This document shows positions 20,595 through 29,577 of a stretch of 64,000 bases of DNA, in pieces. Below the pieces are notes generated by a model. The model searched no databases. It saw nothing but the letters and a program-made list of their open reading frames with translations, and was not told where the DNA came from. Position numbers and translations under genes: made by a program. The stretch's first letter is position 1. Each line of letters starts with the position of its first letter. The DNA is taken from contig OZ245897.1 of the NCBI GenBank assembly GCA_965229675.1, positions 1,366,488 through 1,430,487 of the forward strand, given 5' to 3'. Source of the DNA: Alphaproteobacteria bacterium. Lineage in GTDB: Bacteria > Pseudomonadota > Alphaproteobacteria > CBDDJK01.

Positions 20595-21636
20595 TGATGC
20601 ATGCCTGCCCTTGCGCCATTAAGTTCGCGCAAAAGCGTTCAGCTGTCCCTTGATCTGGCAAAGGCCCCCCACGTACCCGAAAATAATCTTTTCCATTCAC
20701 CAAGGTCTGTTCCATTGAAAATGTTAACCCTTGAAATAAATCAGGGAAACGGGCGCGTGTTGCTTGCCAGAATCGTGTTGCTTCATCTTGACTGCCAAGT
20801 GCTGCAATTTGGATACGCCATGCCGCCCCTGCTGATGGAATTGCGGCTACACCATTCGCCTCATTTTCTTTTAATTCCATAACCTCTTTTGGAATATCGG
20901 TTTGTTGTGATCGTGGAAGTTCTGTTGGTTCAGCAAGCTGTGGTTCTTCAATTGCGGGTGGCTTTGGTTCCACTGAAGCTGTTGAAGGTTGAAGTTGAGG
21001 TTGCGTTTGCCTTGGCTGAATTGTTTCGTTTGATTGCGGATCAACAATACTTGGCGGTGGCGGTGTGCGTTCCAAATCGTTAGGATCAAACGCATTCTCA
21101 TCTGGTTCAAATTGGCGTAAAGCCTGTTGACGTTCTGTTAATCCTGCTTCATTGCCAGTCCCATGCATAGAATTATTGGAAGGCAGAATTGGTGTTTCTT
21201 CTGGCGGTTGCAAACCGATTGTAAGGTCGGGTGAATCAATTTCTCCATCAATACGTTCATAAATACGCGTTTCACCCCCCAATCCATCATTGCCGCCCCC
21301 AAGTGCCAATGCATCGCGATTTCCAGGCTGAACTTTTGCTGGGCCATCGGGGCGTAAAACGGGTGCTGCGGTTTCAGCACCGCTTAAAACGCCTTGGCGA
21401 TAAACATACCATAATAAAGCACCAACTGCTAAGACCATGAAAACCCCTGCTAACAAAACAACTGCCCGCATTTTTCCTGAATGTGTATCGACAGGTGCTG
21501 TGCGGGTTGGTACATCGTCGCTAAAAAGAAGGGAGGGTGGGCTTTTTTCATTGCCACTGGTAGCTCCAGATTGTAATGGGCGTAGGGAAGGTGCGCTGGT
21601 TAATTCACGTTCTAAAGCATCTAAATTATTTGTCAT
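20575..21636 (-). CDS. SPOR domain-containing membrane protein
   Basis: One TM helix, a Pro/Gln-rich linker, and a C-terminal AWRIQIAALGSQDEA...YFRVRGGPLPD SPOR-like domain. It sits directly downstream of argS, as in many alphaproteobacteria. Confidence 0.7.
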   Translation of the reverse strand: MTNNLDALERELTSAPSLRPLQSGATSGNEKSPPSLLFSDDVPTRTAPVDTHSGKMRAVVLLAGVFMVLAVGALLWYVYRQGVLSGAETAAPVLRPDGPAKVQPGNRDALALGGGNDGLGGETRIYERIDGEIDSPDLTIGLQPPEETPILPSNNSMHGTGNEAGLTERQQALRQFEPDENAFDPNDLERTPPPPSIVDPQSNETIQPRQTQPQLQPSTASVEPKPPAIEEPQLAEPTELPRSQQTDIPKEVMELKENEANGVAAIPSAGAAWRIQIAALGSQDEATRFWQATRARFPDLFQGLTFSMEQTLVNGKDYFRVRGGPLPDQGTAERFCANLMAQGQACIIVKPNQ

Positions 21637-21660
21637 GGTCGTTTGTTCTTATGAATTATT

Positions 21661-23430
21661 TTAAAGATTATCCATCGGTTCTACACCAACGACATGCAAA
21701 CCGTTTGCCAACACGGATTTTGTGGCTAAAACTAGCCCTAAACGCGCCAAAGTTCCTGCGCGATCCTGTTCATCAAGGAACCTTAATTGGGTTTCTTCCT
21801 TGCCACGAGTCCACAAGCTGTGAAAGCATCCTGCAAGGTCATTTAAATAATAAACAACCCGATGGGGTTCTTGCGTTTGTGCAGCAGACTCAACGATGCG
21901 TGGCCATTGCGCCAACATCTTAATTAGGCTTAATTCAAAAGGATGCGTAATGGTTTTGAAATTTACTTTGATAAGGGATTCAGGTTGCGTAACGTCAGTG
22001 CCATATAACCCTTCAGCTTGCCGTAAAACCGAAGCGCAACGCGCATGCGCATATTGAACATAAAAAACAGGATTATCGCGGGATTGTTGACGTACCAGCG
22101 TTAAATCAAAATCCAGCGGCGCATCGTTTTTTCGCATTAACATATAAAAACGAATGACATCTTTCCCCACAGCGTCAATCAAGTCACGAAGCGTTACAAA
22201 TGTTCCTGCGCGTTTGGACATTTTCATTGGCTGCCCATCTTCAATAAATTTCACAATCTGGCAAATTTTGGCATTATGGCTTGCTTGTTCTTGTGTAACC
22301 GCCCTTAAAGCTGCCTGAATGCGCTTAACATAGCCGCTATGATCGGCTCCCAACACATCAATTTGCACCTTACCACCGCGCAAAAATTTATCATAATGAT
22401 AGGCAATATCACTTGCAAAATAAGTCCAGCTACCATCCGATTTTTGCAAAGGGCGATCAACATCATCCCCAAATTCTGTTGATCTGAATAACAATTGAGT
22501 ACGCGGTTCCCAATCTTCTGGGGGCGGCTTGCCTTTTGGCGGTTCTAATATCCCATGATAAAGTAGATTTTGATCTTCCAACACCTTTAACATCGCTTCA
22601 ATCTTACCTTGTTCAACCAGTTCTTTTTCGGAAGAAAAACGGTCATGATGAATACCAACTAAGGCCAAATCTTCTTTGATCAAATCAAGCATGGCTTCCA
22701 CGCAAAATGGGCGCAACCTTTGTAACCATTCTTCTTCTGGCATAGTAACGAACAATTCCCCAAATTCATCAACAAGGGCTTGCCCGACTTGAACAAGATA
22801 ATCACCTGGATAGCCAAGCTCAGGTAATGGGTTTGGTGCTTGCCCCAAGACTTGCAAATACCGCATATAGACTGAATGGGCTAATTTATCGATCTGCGTC
22901 CCCGCATCATTTACATAAAATTCGCGGGTCACTTGATAGCCTGCTTTTTCCATCAAGCCTGCCAATGCATCACCAACAACTGCGCCACGCGAATGCCCTA
23001 CATGCAAAGGGCCTGTTGGGTTTGCTGATACATATTCAACATTAACATGGGTTCCCGCACCAAGTTGACTATTACCATAAGTAAGCCCTTGTTCTAAGAT
23101 GGTAGGGATCAATTTTTGCCAATCCTTGATTGGGTGACGCCAATTTAAAAACCCAGGCCCTGCAAGGGTAACCGTTTCAAATTCTGCTTGTTCTTCCATT
23201 TTGGCTAAAAAAGGTTCGGCAATCGTGCGAGGCGGAAGGCCAAGCGGTTTTGCTAAAAGCAAGGCAAAATTACTGGATAAATCCCCGTGACTAGGATCAC
23301 GTGGTGGTTCCACCACAATCGGCAAACAATCCCAATGGGTTAATAAGTCTGCGGGCAGTTTTTGTTCATCAACCAGCTGTTTACCGATTTGTCTTAATTG
23401 CTGCCATTTTTGTTGAAAAAGATTTGTCAT
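21661..23430 (-). CDS. argS: Arginine--tRNA ligase
   Basis: HIGH-type motif PTGPLHVGH, KMSKRAG, and C-terminal DALR-like anticodon-binding region. Confidence 0.95.
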   Translation of the reverse strand: MTNLFQQKWQQLRQIGKQLVDEQKLPADLLTHWDCLPIVVEPPRDPSHGDLSSNFALLLAKPLGLPPRTIAEPFLAKMEEQAEFETVTLAGPGFLNWRHPIKDWQKLIPTILEQGLTYGNSQLGAGTHVNVEYVSANPTGPLHVGHSRGAVVGDALAGLMEKAGYQVTREFYVNDAGTQIDKLAHSVYMRYLQVLGQAPNPLPELGYPGDYLVQVGQALVDEFGELFVTMPEEEWLQRLRPFCVEAMLDLIKEDLALVGIHHDRFSSEKELVEQGKIEAMLKVLEDQNLLYHGILEPPKGKPPPEDWEPRTQLLFRSTEFGDDVDRPLQKSDGSWTYFASDIAYHYDKFLRGGKVQIDVLGADHSGYVKRIQAALRAVTQEQASHNAKICQIVKFIEDGQPMKMSKRAGTFVTLRDLIDAVGKDVIRFYMLMRKNDAPLDFDLTLVRQQSRDNPVFYVQYAHARCASVLRQAEGLYGTDVTQPESLIKVNFKTITHPFELSLIKMLAQWPRIVESAAQTQEPHRVVYYLNDLAGCFHSLWTRGKEETQLRFLDEQDRAGTLARLGLVLATKSVLANGLHVVGVEPMDNL

Positions 23431-23527
23431 AATAAAAATAAAAAATTAACATAAAACCACTTTATAAAGCTATTTTGGGATATAGCCCGCACATCCCTTA
23501 AATTCAATTGTTAAATTAACATTTAGT

Positions 23528-23543
23528 TGGCACCAGAATTGCA
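23528..23543 (+). promoter_or_regulatory. Sigma-54 (RpoN) -24/-12 promoter element
   Basis: TGGCAC-CAGAA-TTGCA is an exact match to TGGCAC-N5-TTGCA. It lies in an intergenic region, with its 3' end 58 nt upstream of the 23602 start and in the correct orientation. A sigma-54 activator (flbD, with a GAFTGA motif) is encoded in this window. Confidence 0.6.
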
Positions 23544-23601
23544 ATCCTTAATTTCTGTTTACTGATATAAAAAGATTTACATGAATTAAGGAGAATATAC
23601 C

Positions 23602-24108
23602 GTGCAAGGACAATCCGAAAGAGTATATGATACAAAGCCCGTCAATCCCATCGATGTGATGGAAACCTTGTTTCGCTCCCATCAATGGACGTTTGAACGC
23701 ACGGCAAATCATGGACTATCTTTACGCACCCATGGGGCTTGGTGTAATTACCATATTTTTTGTGCTACGGAACACAGTCAGCATTTATTTTATTTAACAT
23801 GCACCTATGATATGCGCATCCCAGAACCAAGGCGTAAGGAATTATATCATTTACTTGCATTGATTAATAAAGAAATATGGATGGGGCATTTCGATCTATG
23901 TTCGGTTGATGGTGCGCCAACTTATCGCCATGCAATGCCGATTCGTGGCGTTAAGCGGTTTTCTCTTGAGCAGATGGAGGATTTTGTAGACCGCGCCCTT
24001 ACTGAATGCGAACGCTTTCACCCAATATTTCAAGGGTGCCTATTTGGTCATTTGCCCCCAGAACAGGTGATCTCAATGTCTAAAATAGAGTGCCACGGCA
24101 TAGCCTAG
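23602..24108 (+). CDS. YbjN domain-containing protein (conserved alphaproteobacterial, T3S-chaperone-like fold family)
   Basis: GTG start after a GGAGA RBS. WCNYHIF...DMRIPEPRRKELYHLLALINKEIWMGHF...ECERFHPIFQ matches my recollection of the conserved roughly 165-aa alphaproteobacterial YbjN-like protein. Confidence 0.75.
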   Translation: MQGQSERVYDTKPVNPIDVMETLFRSHQWTFERTANHGLSLRTHGAWCNYHIFCATEHSQHLFYLTCTYDMRIPEPRRKELYHLLALINKEIWMGHFDLCSVDGAPTYRHAMPIRGVKRFSLEQMEDFVDRALTECERFHPIFQGCLFGHLPPEQVISMSKIECHGIA

Positions 24109-24117
24109 ACGTTGCAT

Positions 24118-25005
24118 TTAACCTAACATAGGTTGAGTTTTAATATAAGTCTGTAATTTTTCAAAAGCCCGTGTTTCAATTTGGCGAACGCGCTCACGGC
24201 TGATTTTAAATAACTGACTTAACTCTTCAAGCGTACGCACAGGTTCGTCCAGCCTTCTTGCTTTTAAAATAGCCCGTTCACGCTCGTTCAAAATTTGCAT
24301 CGCTTGTTGCAGTTGATTATGACGTGCATCGGCAAGTTGACGTTCTGTAACAATTTGTTCAGGGGTTGCGGTTTCATCTTCCAACACATCTACCCATTCA
24401 ACATTGCCGCCTTGTTCATCTTGGCGTAAAGGCGCATTCAACGATAAATCACCGCCATTAAGCCGATTATTCATCATCACCACTTCCGATTCATCAACCA
24501 TCAGATGATCCGCGATAGATTGCACAGATTCAGGCGACAAATCCTTCCCCTCAATCGCTTGAATATTATTTTTAACCCGTTTTAAATTGAAAAATAATTT
24601 TTTTTGTGCTGCGGTTGTGCCAAGCTTAACCAGCGACCAGCTTCTTAAAATATATTCTTGGATAGAAGCCCTAATCCACCACATGGCGTAGGTCGAAAGA
24701 CGAAAACCGCGTTCCACATCAAATTTCTTAACGGCTTGCATCAAGCCTATATTTCCTTCCGAAATTAGCTCTACCATCGGCAGACCATAACCACGAAAGC
24801 CATTCGCAATCTTGGCTACCAGCCGCAAATGCGATGTTACCAACTTGTGTGCTGCGTCACGATCTCCATGCTCTTGCCAGCGTTTTGCCAGCATATATTC
24901 TTCCTCATTGCTTAGCATTGGAAATTGTCTAATTTCCTGTAAATAACGCGATAAGCCAGCTTCACCATCGGACGGAGCTTTAGGCATGGGTAAGTTATTG
25001 CGCAT
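24118..25005 (-). CDS. rpoH: RNA polymerase sigma-32 heat-shock factor
   Basis: RpoH box QKKLFFNLKR, with sigma-70 regions 2 and 4. Confidence 0.9.
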   Translation of the reverse strand: MRNNLPMPKAPSDGEAGLSRYLQEIRQFPMLSNEEEYMLAKRWQEHGDRDAAHKLVTSHLRLVAKIANGFRGYGLPMVELISEGNIGLMQAVKKFDVERGFRLSTYAMWWIRASIQEYILRSWSLVKLGTTAAQKKLFFNLKRVKNNIQAIEGKDLSPESVQSIADHLMVDESEVVMMNNRLNGGDLSLNAPLRQDEQGGNVEWVDVLEDETATPEQIVTERQLADARHNQLQQAMQILNERERAILKARRLDEPVRTLEELSQLFKISRERVRQIETRAFEKLQTYIKTQPMLG

Positions 25006-25059
25006 TGCATTTCCTCGTAAAAATGTAAAAAATTGATGTAATTCTCAATCTATTTATAT

Positions 25060-25082
25060 AATAGGACTAGTTTAGTCCTATT
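25060..25082. repeat. Perfect 10-bp-stem/3-nt-loop inverted repeat between cobB and rpoH
   Basis: AATAGGACTA-GTT-TAGTCCTATT. It lies 19 nt downstream of the corrected cobB stop and about 55 nt upstream of the rpoH ATG. Confidence 0.6.
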
Positions 25083-25100
25083 TCAACCCCAAAACAAAAT

Positions 25101-26398
25101 TTATGCAATAATATGATGGTAAGAACCGCATATGCGCCCTTGAATATGCCCTGCAAATTCAATTGGTTCATCCTTAACATTTGTGACTTTAAATAAAGCT
25201 TCTTTTGATCAATTGGCGTGATTTGTTTGGAATAATGAAATTCATGACCATAATAGGTTTTATTTTCCATGAATGGTAAGCCTTTTATCGCTTGCAATTT
25301 ACGATAACCAAGTGTGCGCGTTGGTTGTGAAAAATCAGTGATCTGAGGGAGCAATCCTGCCATTTCATAGGCGTTTCCTTGCTTATCAATCATTGCTTGT
25401 CCTAATACCATATAACCACCGCATTCACCATAGATCGCAGTACCTTTTGCTGCATGTTTATTTAATCCAGCTAAAAACTGTTGCGATGCGCTTAGCACTC
25501 CCGCATAAAGTTCAGGATAGCCCCCCGTTAAATAAATAAATTCAGCTTCATCATCGGGAGCTTCATTGTTTAGCGGTGAAAAAAATTTCAAGGTTGCACC
25601 TGCTTTGCGCCAATCTTCCAATAGATGTTGATAATGAAACGAAAAACATTCATCATAGCTAACCGCGATCACCTGTGCAGGTGGGGGAATAAAAACATAA
25701 GGTTTATTATTAGCGGGAGTATTTACAGGTTGAAAAAGAGTTAATAACATTTCTATATCAATATGTTTTTCTATTAACTCAGCCATCCGATCAATTAGAT
25801 TTTCTGCGTTGGTAGCGTATTCTTGCGGTTGCACTAACCCTAAATGACGGGAGGGGATAATAAGCTCCGCCTCAAATGGTAAATAACCCAAAACAGGTAG
25901 ATTGCGGTGGATTGCCGCTTCAACCAACAAGGCTTTATGACGATCACTCATCAGTCGATTAAACAGTACAGCCTTAATACGGCAAGCAGGTTCTGTGCGC
26001 ATCAGCGCATCTGCAAGCGCAACCGCACTTTGTGCCGCCGCCTTTGCGTCAATCACAAGGACAACAGGAATATCTAACTGTTCGGCAAGTTTCGCGGCAC
26101 TGCCAACCTCCCCTACCCCGCCATCATAATAACCCATCGCGCCTTCAATCAGAACATGATCCCCACCAGCCATTGTTATTACCGCCTGCAATTGCGTTTG
26201 TGACATGGCAAATGAATCTAGATTATAAACAGAACGCTTTGTCGCCAGTGCATGAAATTGCGGATCAATATAATCAGGACCACTTTTTACGCCGCTTATT
26301 GTAATTCCCTGATTAGTTAAACAGCGTAACAGCCCAGCCGTCACCAATGTTTTCCCGCTATTGGAAGCGGGTGCTGCAATCATTAATCCGTTTGTCAT
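25101..26398 (-). pseudogene. cobB: Cobyrinate a,c-diamide synthase with an apparent 1-nt frameshift near the 3' end
   Basis: P-loop APASNSGKT and GHEFHYS are in the annotated frame. The conserved C-terminus (KEALFKVTNVKDEPIEFAGHIQGRICGSYHHIIA*) is in the -1 frame and ends at 25101. The frames switch at the A4 run (plus-strand T run 25203-25206). Confidence 0.7.
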
Positions 26399-26501
26399 AA
26401 GCTTAAATCTTTTTAAATGCTTTCAAAGGTGGTTATGCAGGATTATATTTCATAAAGAATTTATTGATTATTATCGTGTGTCTTAGGATAAAACAATCAT
26501 T

Positions 26502-27602
26502 GTGCGTAAAACATTAACATCAAATTTGCGATTTGGCTGGACAACGGGAACATGTGCCACGGCAGCATGTCATGCCGCTTATATTGGATTGATGACGGGG
26601 GAATGCCCAAAGCGGGTGCAGATTAAAACACCAGCAGGCGATATTGCTGATCTTGAAGTCATTGACCCAATTATTAATTCTAAGGGCACTGATCCCAACA
26701 ATGAATGGGCGCAAGCTGGTATTATTAAGGATGCAGGTGATGATCCAGATGTTACCCACGGTGCGTTGATTATTGGACGCTTAATCCCAAGACAAGATAA
26801 TAAAGGCATAAGGTTTTTTGCAGGGATTGGGGTTGGAAAAATTACCAAGCCCGGACTGCCGCTTGCGGTTGGGGAGCCTGCTATCAATCCTGTCCCGCGT
26901 GCCATGATGCAAGAAACCATTGAAAATTTGGCTAAAATCTATGGTGGTTCAACTGCGCTTGACATAGAAATTTCTGTACCAACGGGAGAGGCACTTGCCC
27001 TTAAAACTTGGAATCCTAAATTAGGGATCGTTGGTGGGATTTCGATTCTTGGTACAACAGGGGTTGTTCGCCCCTTTTCTTGTGCGGCTTGGATTGCCTC
27101 CATCCATCGCGGGATTGATGTATGCCGTGCCAATCATTTTAAGCATGTTATCGCGGCGACAGGCGCAACCTCAGAAAAATGTGCACTTGGCGTTTATGAC
27201 GTTGAAGCAGAAGCCGTGATTGATATGGGCGATTTTATCGGCGGAATGCTTAAATATATGCGCAAAAACCCCGTGCCACGCCTTACAATTGCAGGCGGAT
27301 TTGCAAAATTAGCTAAATTTGCTCAAGGGGCAAATGACTTACATTCGGGGCGAAGTCAGCTTGATTTGGAACAATTAGCCAGTTTTTCTGCTTCGCATCT
27401 TGGAATTGATTCTGATCTTTTGAAAAATTGTAATACAGGCTTGGAATTATTAAATCGCCTTCAACCACAACAGCAATCCACGCTTTGTAAGGCACTATCT
27501 GCGATTATCAAGCAACGGGTTTATGAATTATTACGCCATGAGCAAACACAAATCGGCATCATGTTTGTTGCACGTGATGGTGGCTTACTTTGTGACGCAT
27601 AA
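26502..27602 (+). CDS. cbiD: Cobalt-precorrin-5B (C1)-methyltransferase
   Basis: GTG start, GWTTGTCATAA motif, 366 aa. Confidence 0.85.
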   Translation: MRKTLTSNLRFGWTTGTCATAACHAAYIGLMTGECPKRVQIKTPAGDIADLEVIDPIINSKGTDPNNEWAQAGIIKDAGDDPDVTHGALIIGRLIPRQDNKGIRFFAGIGVGKITKPGLPLAVGEPAINPVPRAMMQETIENLAKIYGGSTALDIEISVPTGEALALKTWNPKLGIVGGISILGTTGVVRPFSCAAWIASIHRGIDVCRANHFKHVIAATGATSEKCALGVYDVEAEAVIDMGDFIGGMLKYMRKNPVPRLTIAGGFAKLAKFAQGANDLHSGRSQLDLEQLASFSASHLGIDSDLLKNCNTGLELLNRLQPQQQSTLCKALSAIIKQRVYELLRHEQTQIGIMFVARDGGLLCDA

Positions 27603-27614
27603 GAAGTGACTTAA

Positions 27615-28403
27615 ATGGCTATGCAAACGCAAAAACCACATATTTTAATCTTAGCAGGCACTTCGGAAGCACGCAGTTTAATCACCTATTTGCATGAAAA
27701 TTTTAATTTATTGGATGAAATGATCCTTATCGCTTCGCTTGCTGGTATGAGTTCAGCCGTGGATAACCCCGAATTTTATGGAAGCGGTGTTAAAATTCAT
27801 CAAGGCGGATTTGGTGGGATCGATGGCTTAAAAACCTATTTAATACAAAACCATATCACCCATATCCTTGATGTTACACACCCTTATGCGGTGAAAATAA
27901 AAACCCATGCGTTTAAGGCAGCACAAGCCCTTGATTTACCCCATTATTGCTATTACCGTCCGCCTTGGCAACCTGCCCCCCAAGATCAATGGCGAAATTT
28001 TAAAAAATTTTCGGATATGGCACTTGCCCTGCCCAGTCAGGCACGGGTTTTTGCCGCAGCAGGACACACAGCCTTAACCGATTTTTTGCATCGTAAAGAT
28101 TGTAACTTTTTTTACAGAAGCCTTAATTGCCCACAGCATTTACCTGATCATATCACTTTTTTACCTTTTAATCCTCATGAGCAGGGGCAGGTTAGCGATT
28201 CGACTTTGTTAAAATATCATCGCATTACCCATCTCATTTGCAAAAATTCAGGCGGCGCACAAGGATTTGAAAAAATTGAAGCGGCAAGGACGTTACAGCT
28301 ACCCGTTTGGTTGTTGGAACGGCCTAAAATCACAAAAATTATCCCACTCATCACAGATTGGAAGCAATTTATTGATCAGGTTACTGGACTGCTTCAAACA
28401 TAA
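27615..28403 (+). CDS. cobK: Precorrin-6A / cobalt-precorrin-6A reductase
   Basis: N-terminal ILILAGTSEAR, 262 aa, directly after cbiD. The 3' end overlaps the convergent trmB by 23 bp. Confidence 0.8.
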   Translation: MAMQTQKPHILILAGTSEARSLITYLHENFNLLDEMILIASLAGMSSAVDNPEFYGSGVKIHQGGFGGIDGLKTYLIQNHITHILDVTHPYAVKIKTHAFKAAQALDLPHYCYYRPPWQPAPQDQWRNFKKFSDMALALPSQARVFAAAGHTALTDFLHRKDCNFFYRSLNCPQHLPDHITFLPFNPHEQGQVSDSTLLKYHRITHLICKNSGGAQGFEKIEAARTLQLPVWLLERPKITKIIPLITDWKQFIDQVTGLLQT

Positions 28404-29043
28404 AATAATGCGGTGCGCCTGCAAGGCGTTTTTGTTCATAGCGGGTTGTTGGCCAATTATCAGGTTTTTGCTGCCAATCTTCTGGGGATTCAGCCAACCA
28501 ACGAAAACGTTGATCCATAATAAGATGCGCCAATGCCCAATCAATAAACATTGGATGATCGCTTGCTATTCTAAATATACCGCCAGTTTTTAATAATCTT
28601 GCATATTCATCCAGTAAGCTTTTTGTTATCATACGCCGATTTCTATGGCGGCGTTTTGGCCATGGATCTGAAAATAGCAAGATCAAACCATCTAAGGATT
28701 GATTTGGAAGCGCAGCTAGCACATCGCGGGCATCTTCGGGGTAAATATGGATATTATCAAGCTTTGCATCATTAGCATCACGCAATGCGCGCGCTGCTCC
28801 GTTCAAAAAAGCCTCCGCACCAATGAAATGATCTTGTGGGAATTGTTTGGCAAGGGAAATTAAATGCTCCCCTGAGCCAACGCCAATCTCAAACCATAAT
28901 TTTCCTGTTTTTGTTTGAAGTTGATTTAACTTGGATAAATCCTGTTTTCTTAAAAGCGATGGATTATCAGAATTGGATGAAATCTGCGCTTGAAGTAAGG
29001 GGGAGAGACTACGCGTCCTACGGCGACCATAAAATTGATTCAT
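28381..29043 (-). CDS. trmB: tRNA (guanine46-N7)-methyltransferase
   Basis: EIGVGSGEHL SAM motif and FSDPWPKRRHRNRR. Confidence 0.85.
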   Translation of the reverse strand: MNQFYGRRRTRSLSPLLQAQISSNSDNPSLLRKQDLSKLNQLQTKTGKLWFEIGVGSGEHLISLAKQFPQDHFIGAEAFLNGAARALRDANDAKLDNIHIYPEDARDVLAALPNQSLDGLILLFSDPWPKRRHRNRRMITKSLLDEYARLLKTGGIFRIASDHPMFIDWALAHLIMDQRFRWLAESPEDWQQKPDNWPTTRYEQKRLAGAPHYFMFEAVQ

Positions 29044-29054
29044 TATTTAAAAAA

Positions 29055-29552
29055 TCAATCGATAACAGAAAGGGCTAGGGTTAATGCCTGCCTTGCGCTA
29101 GCCTGCCTGACATCCAACCGATCCATCTGGTTAAATTGATATTTACTAACATTGGCATGACCATGATCACGCTTGGCTAATCCAATAAACACAAGGCCTG
29201 CTGGTTTGGCCTCAGATTGGCCAGGGCCTGCAACGCCTGTCACCGAAAGGGCAATATCTGCCGCAGGGCATCTTGCTAATGCGCCAATTGCCATTGCTTC
29301 TGCCACTTCATGCGAAACTGCACCATGACGATCAATCAGGCTTGGTGGGACTGCCAGCAAATCACATTTCATTTGGTTAGAATAGGTAATTAACCCGCCT
29401 TCAAATACATCTGATGCACCCGCTATATCCGTTAATATTGCACCGATCAATCCACCAGTACAAGATTCAGCAGTAACCAAACGCAGTTTTGCTTCACGAA
29501 ATTGATCAATGACAGAGGTAGCTAATGCACGCAAACTTAGCTGTTCTGGCAT
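29055..29552 (-). CDS. pncC: CinA C-terminal domain protein / nicotinamide-nucleotide amidohydrolase
   Basis: LVTAESCTGGLIG motif. I prefer the internal ATG at 29552 (165 aa), which avoids overlap with acs. The start assignment is moderately uncertain. Confidence 0.75.
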   Translation of the reverse strand: MPEQLSLRALATSVIDQFREAKLRLVTAESCTGGLIGAILTDIAGASDVFEGGLITYSNQMKCDLLAVPPSLIDRHGAVSHEVAEAMAIGALARCPAADIALSVTGVAGPGQSEAKPAGLVFIGLAKRDHGHANVSKYQFNQMDRLDVRQASARQALTLALSVID

Positions 29553-29577
29553 CTTCCCGCCCCATCTAATGAATAAT

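Noticed and set aside
23477-23497. The inverted repeat GGGAT-N11-ATCCC upstream of the sigma-54 promoter, considered as a possible enhancer site.
   Set aside because: The arms are only 5 bp, which is not significant on its own, and I cannot recall a matching activator consensus.
26399-26501. A possible cobalamin riboswitch in the cobB/cbiD divergent spacer.
   Set aside because: The spacer is about 100 nt and AT-rich, and I could not find a B12-box-like GC-rich core. It needs an Rfam scan to be certain.
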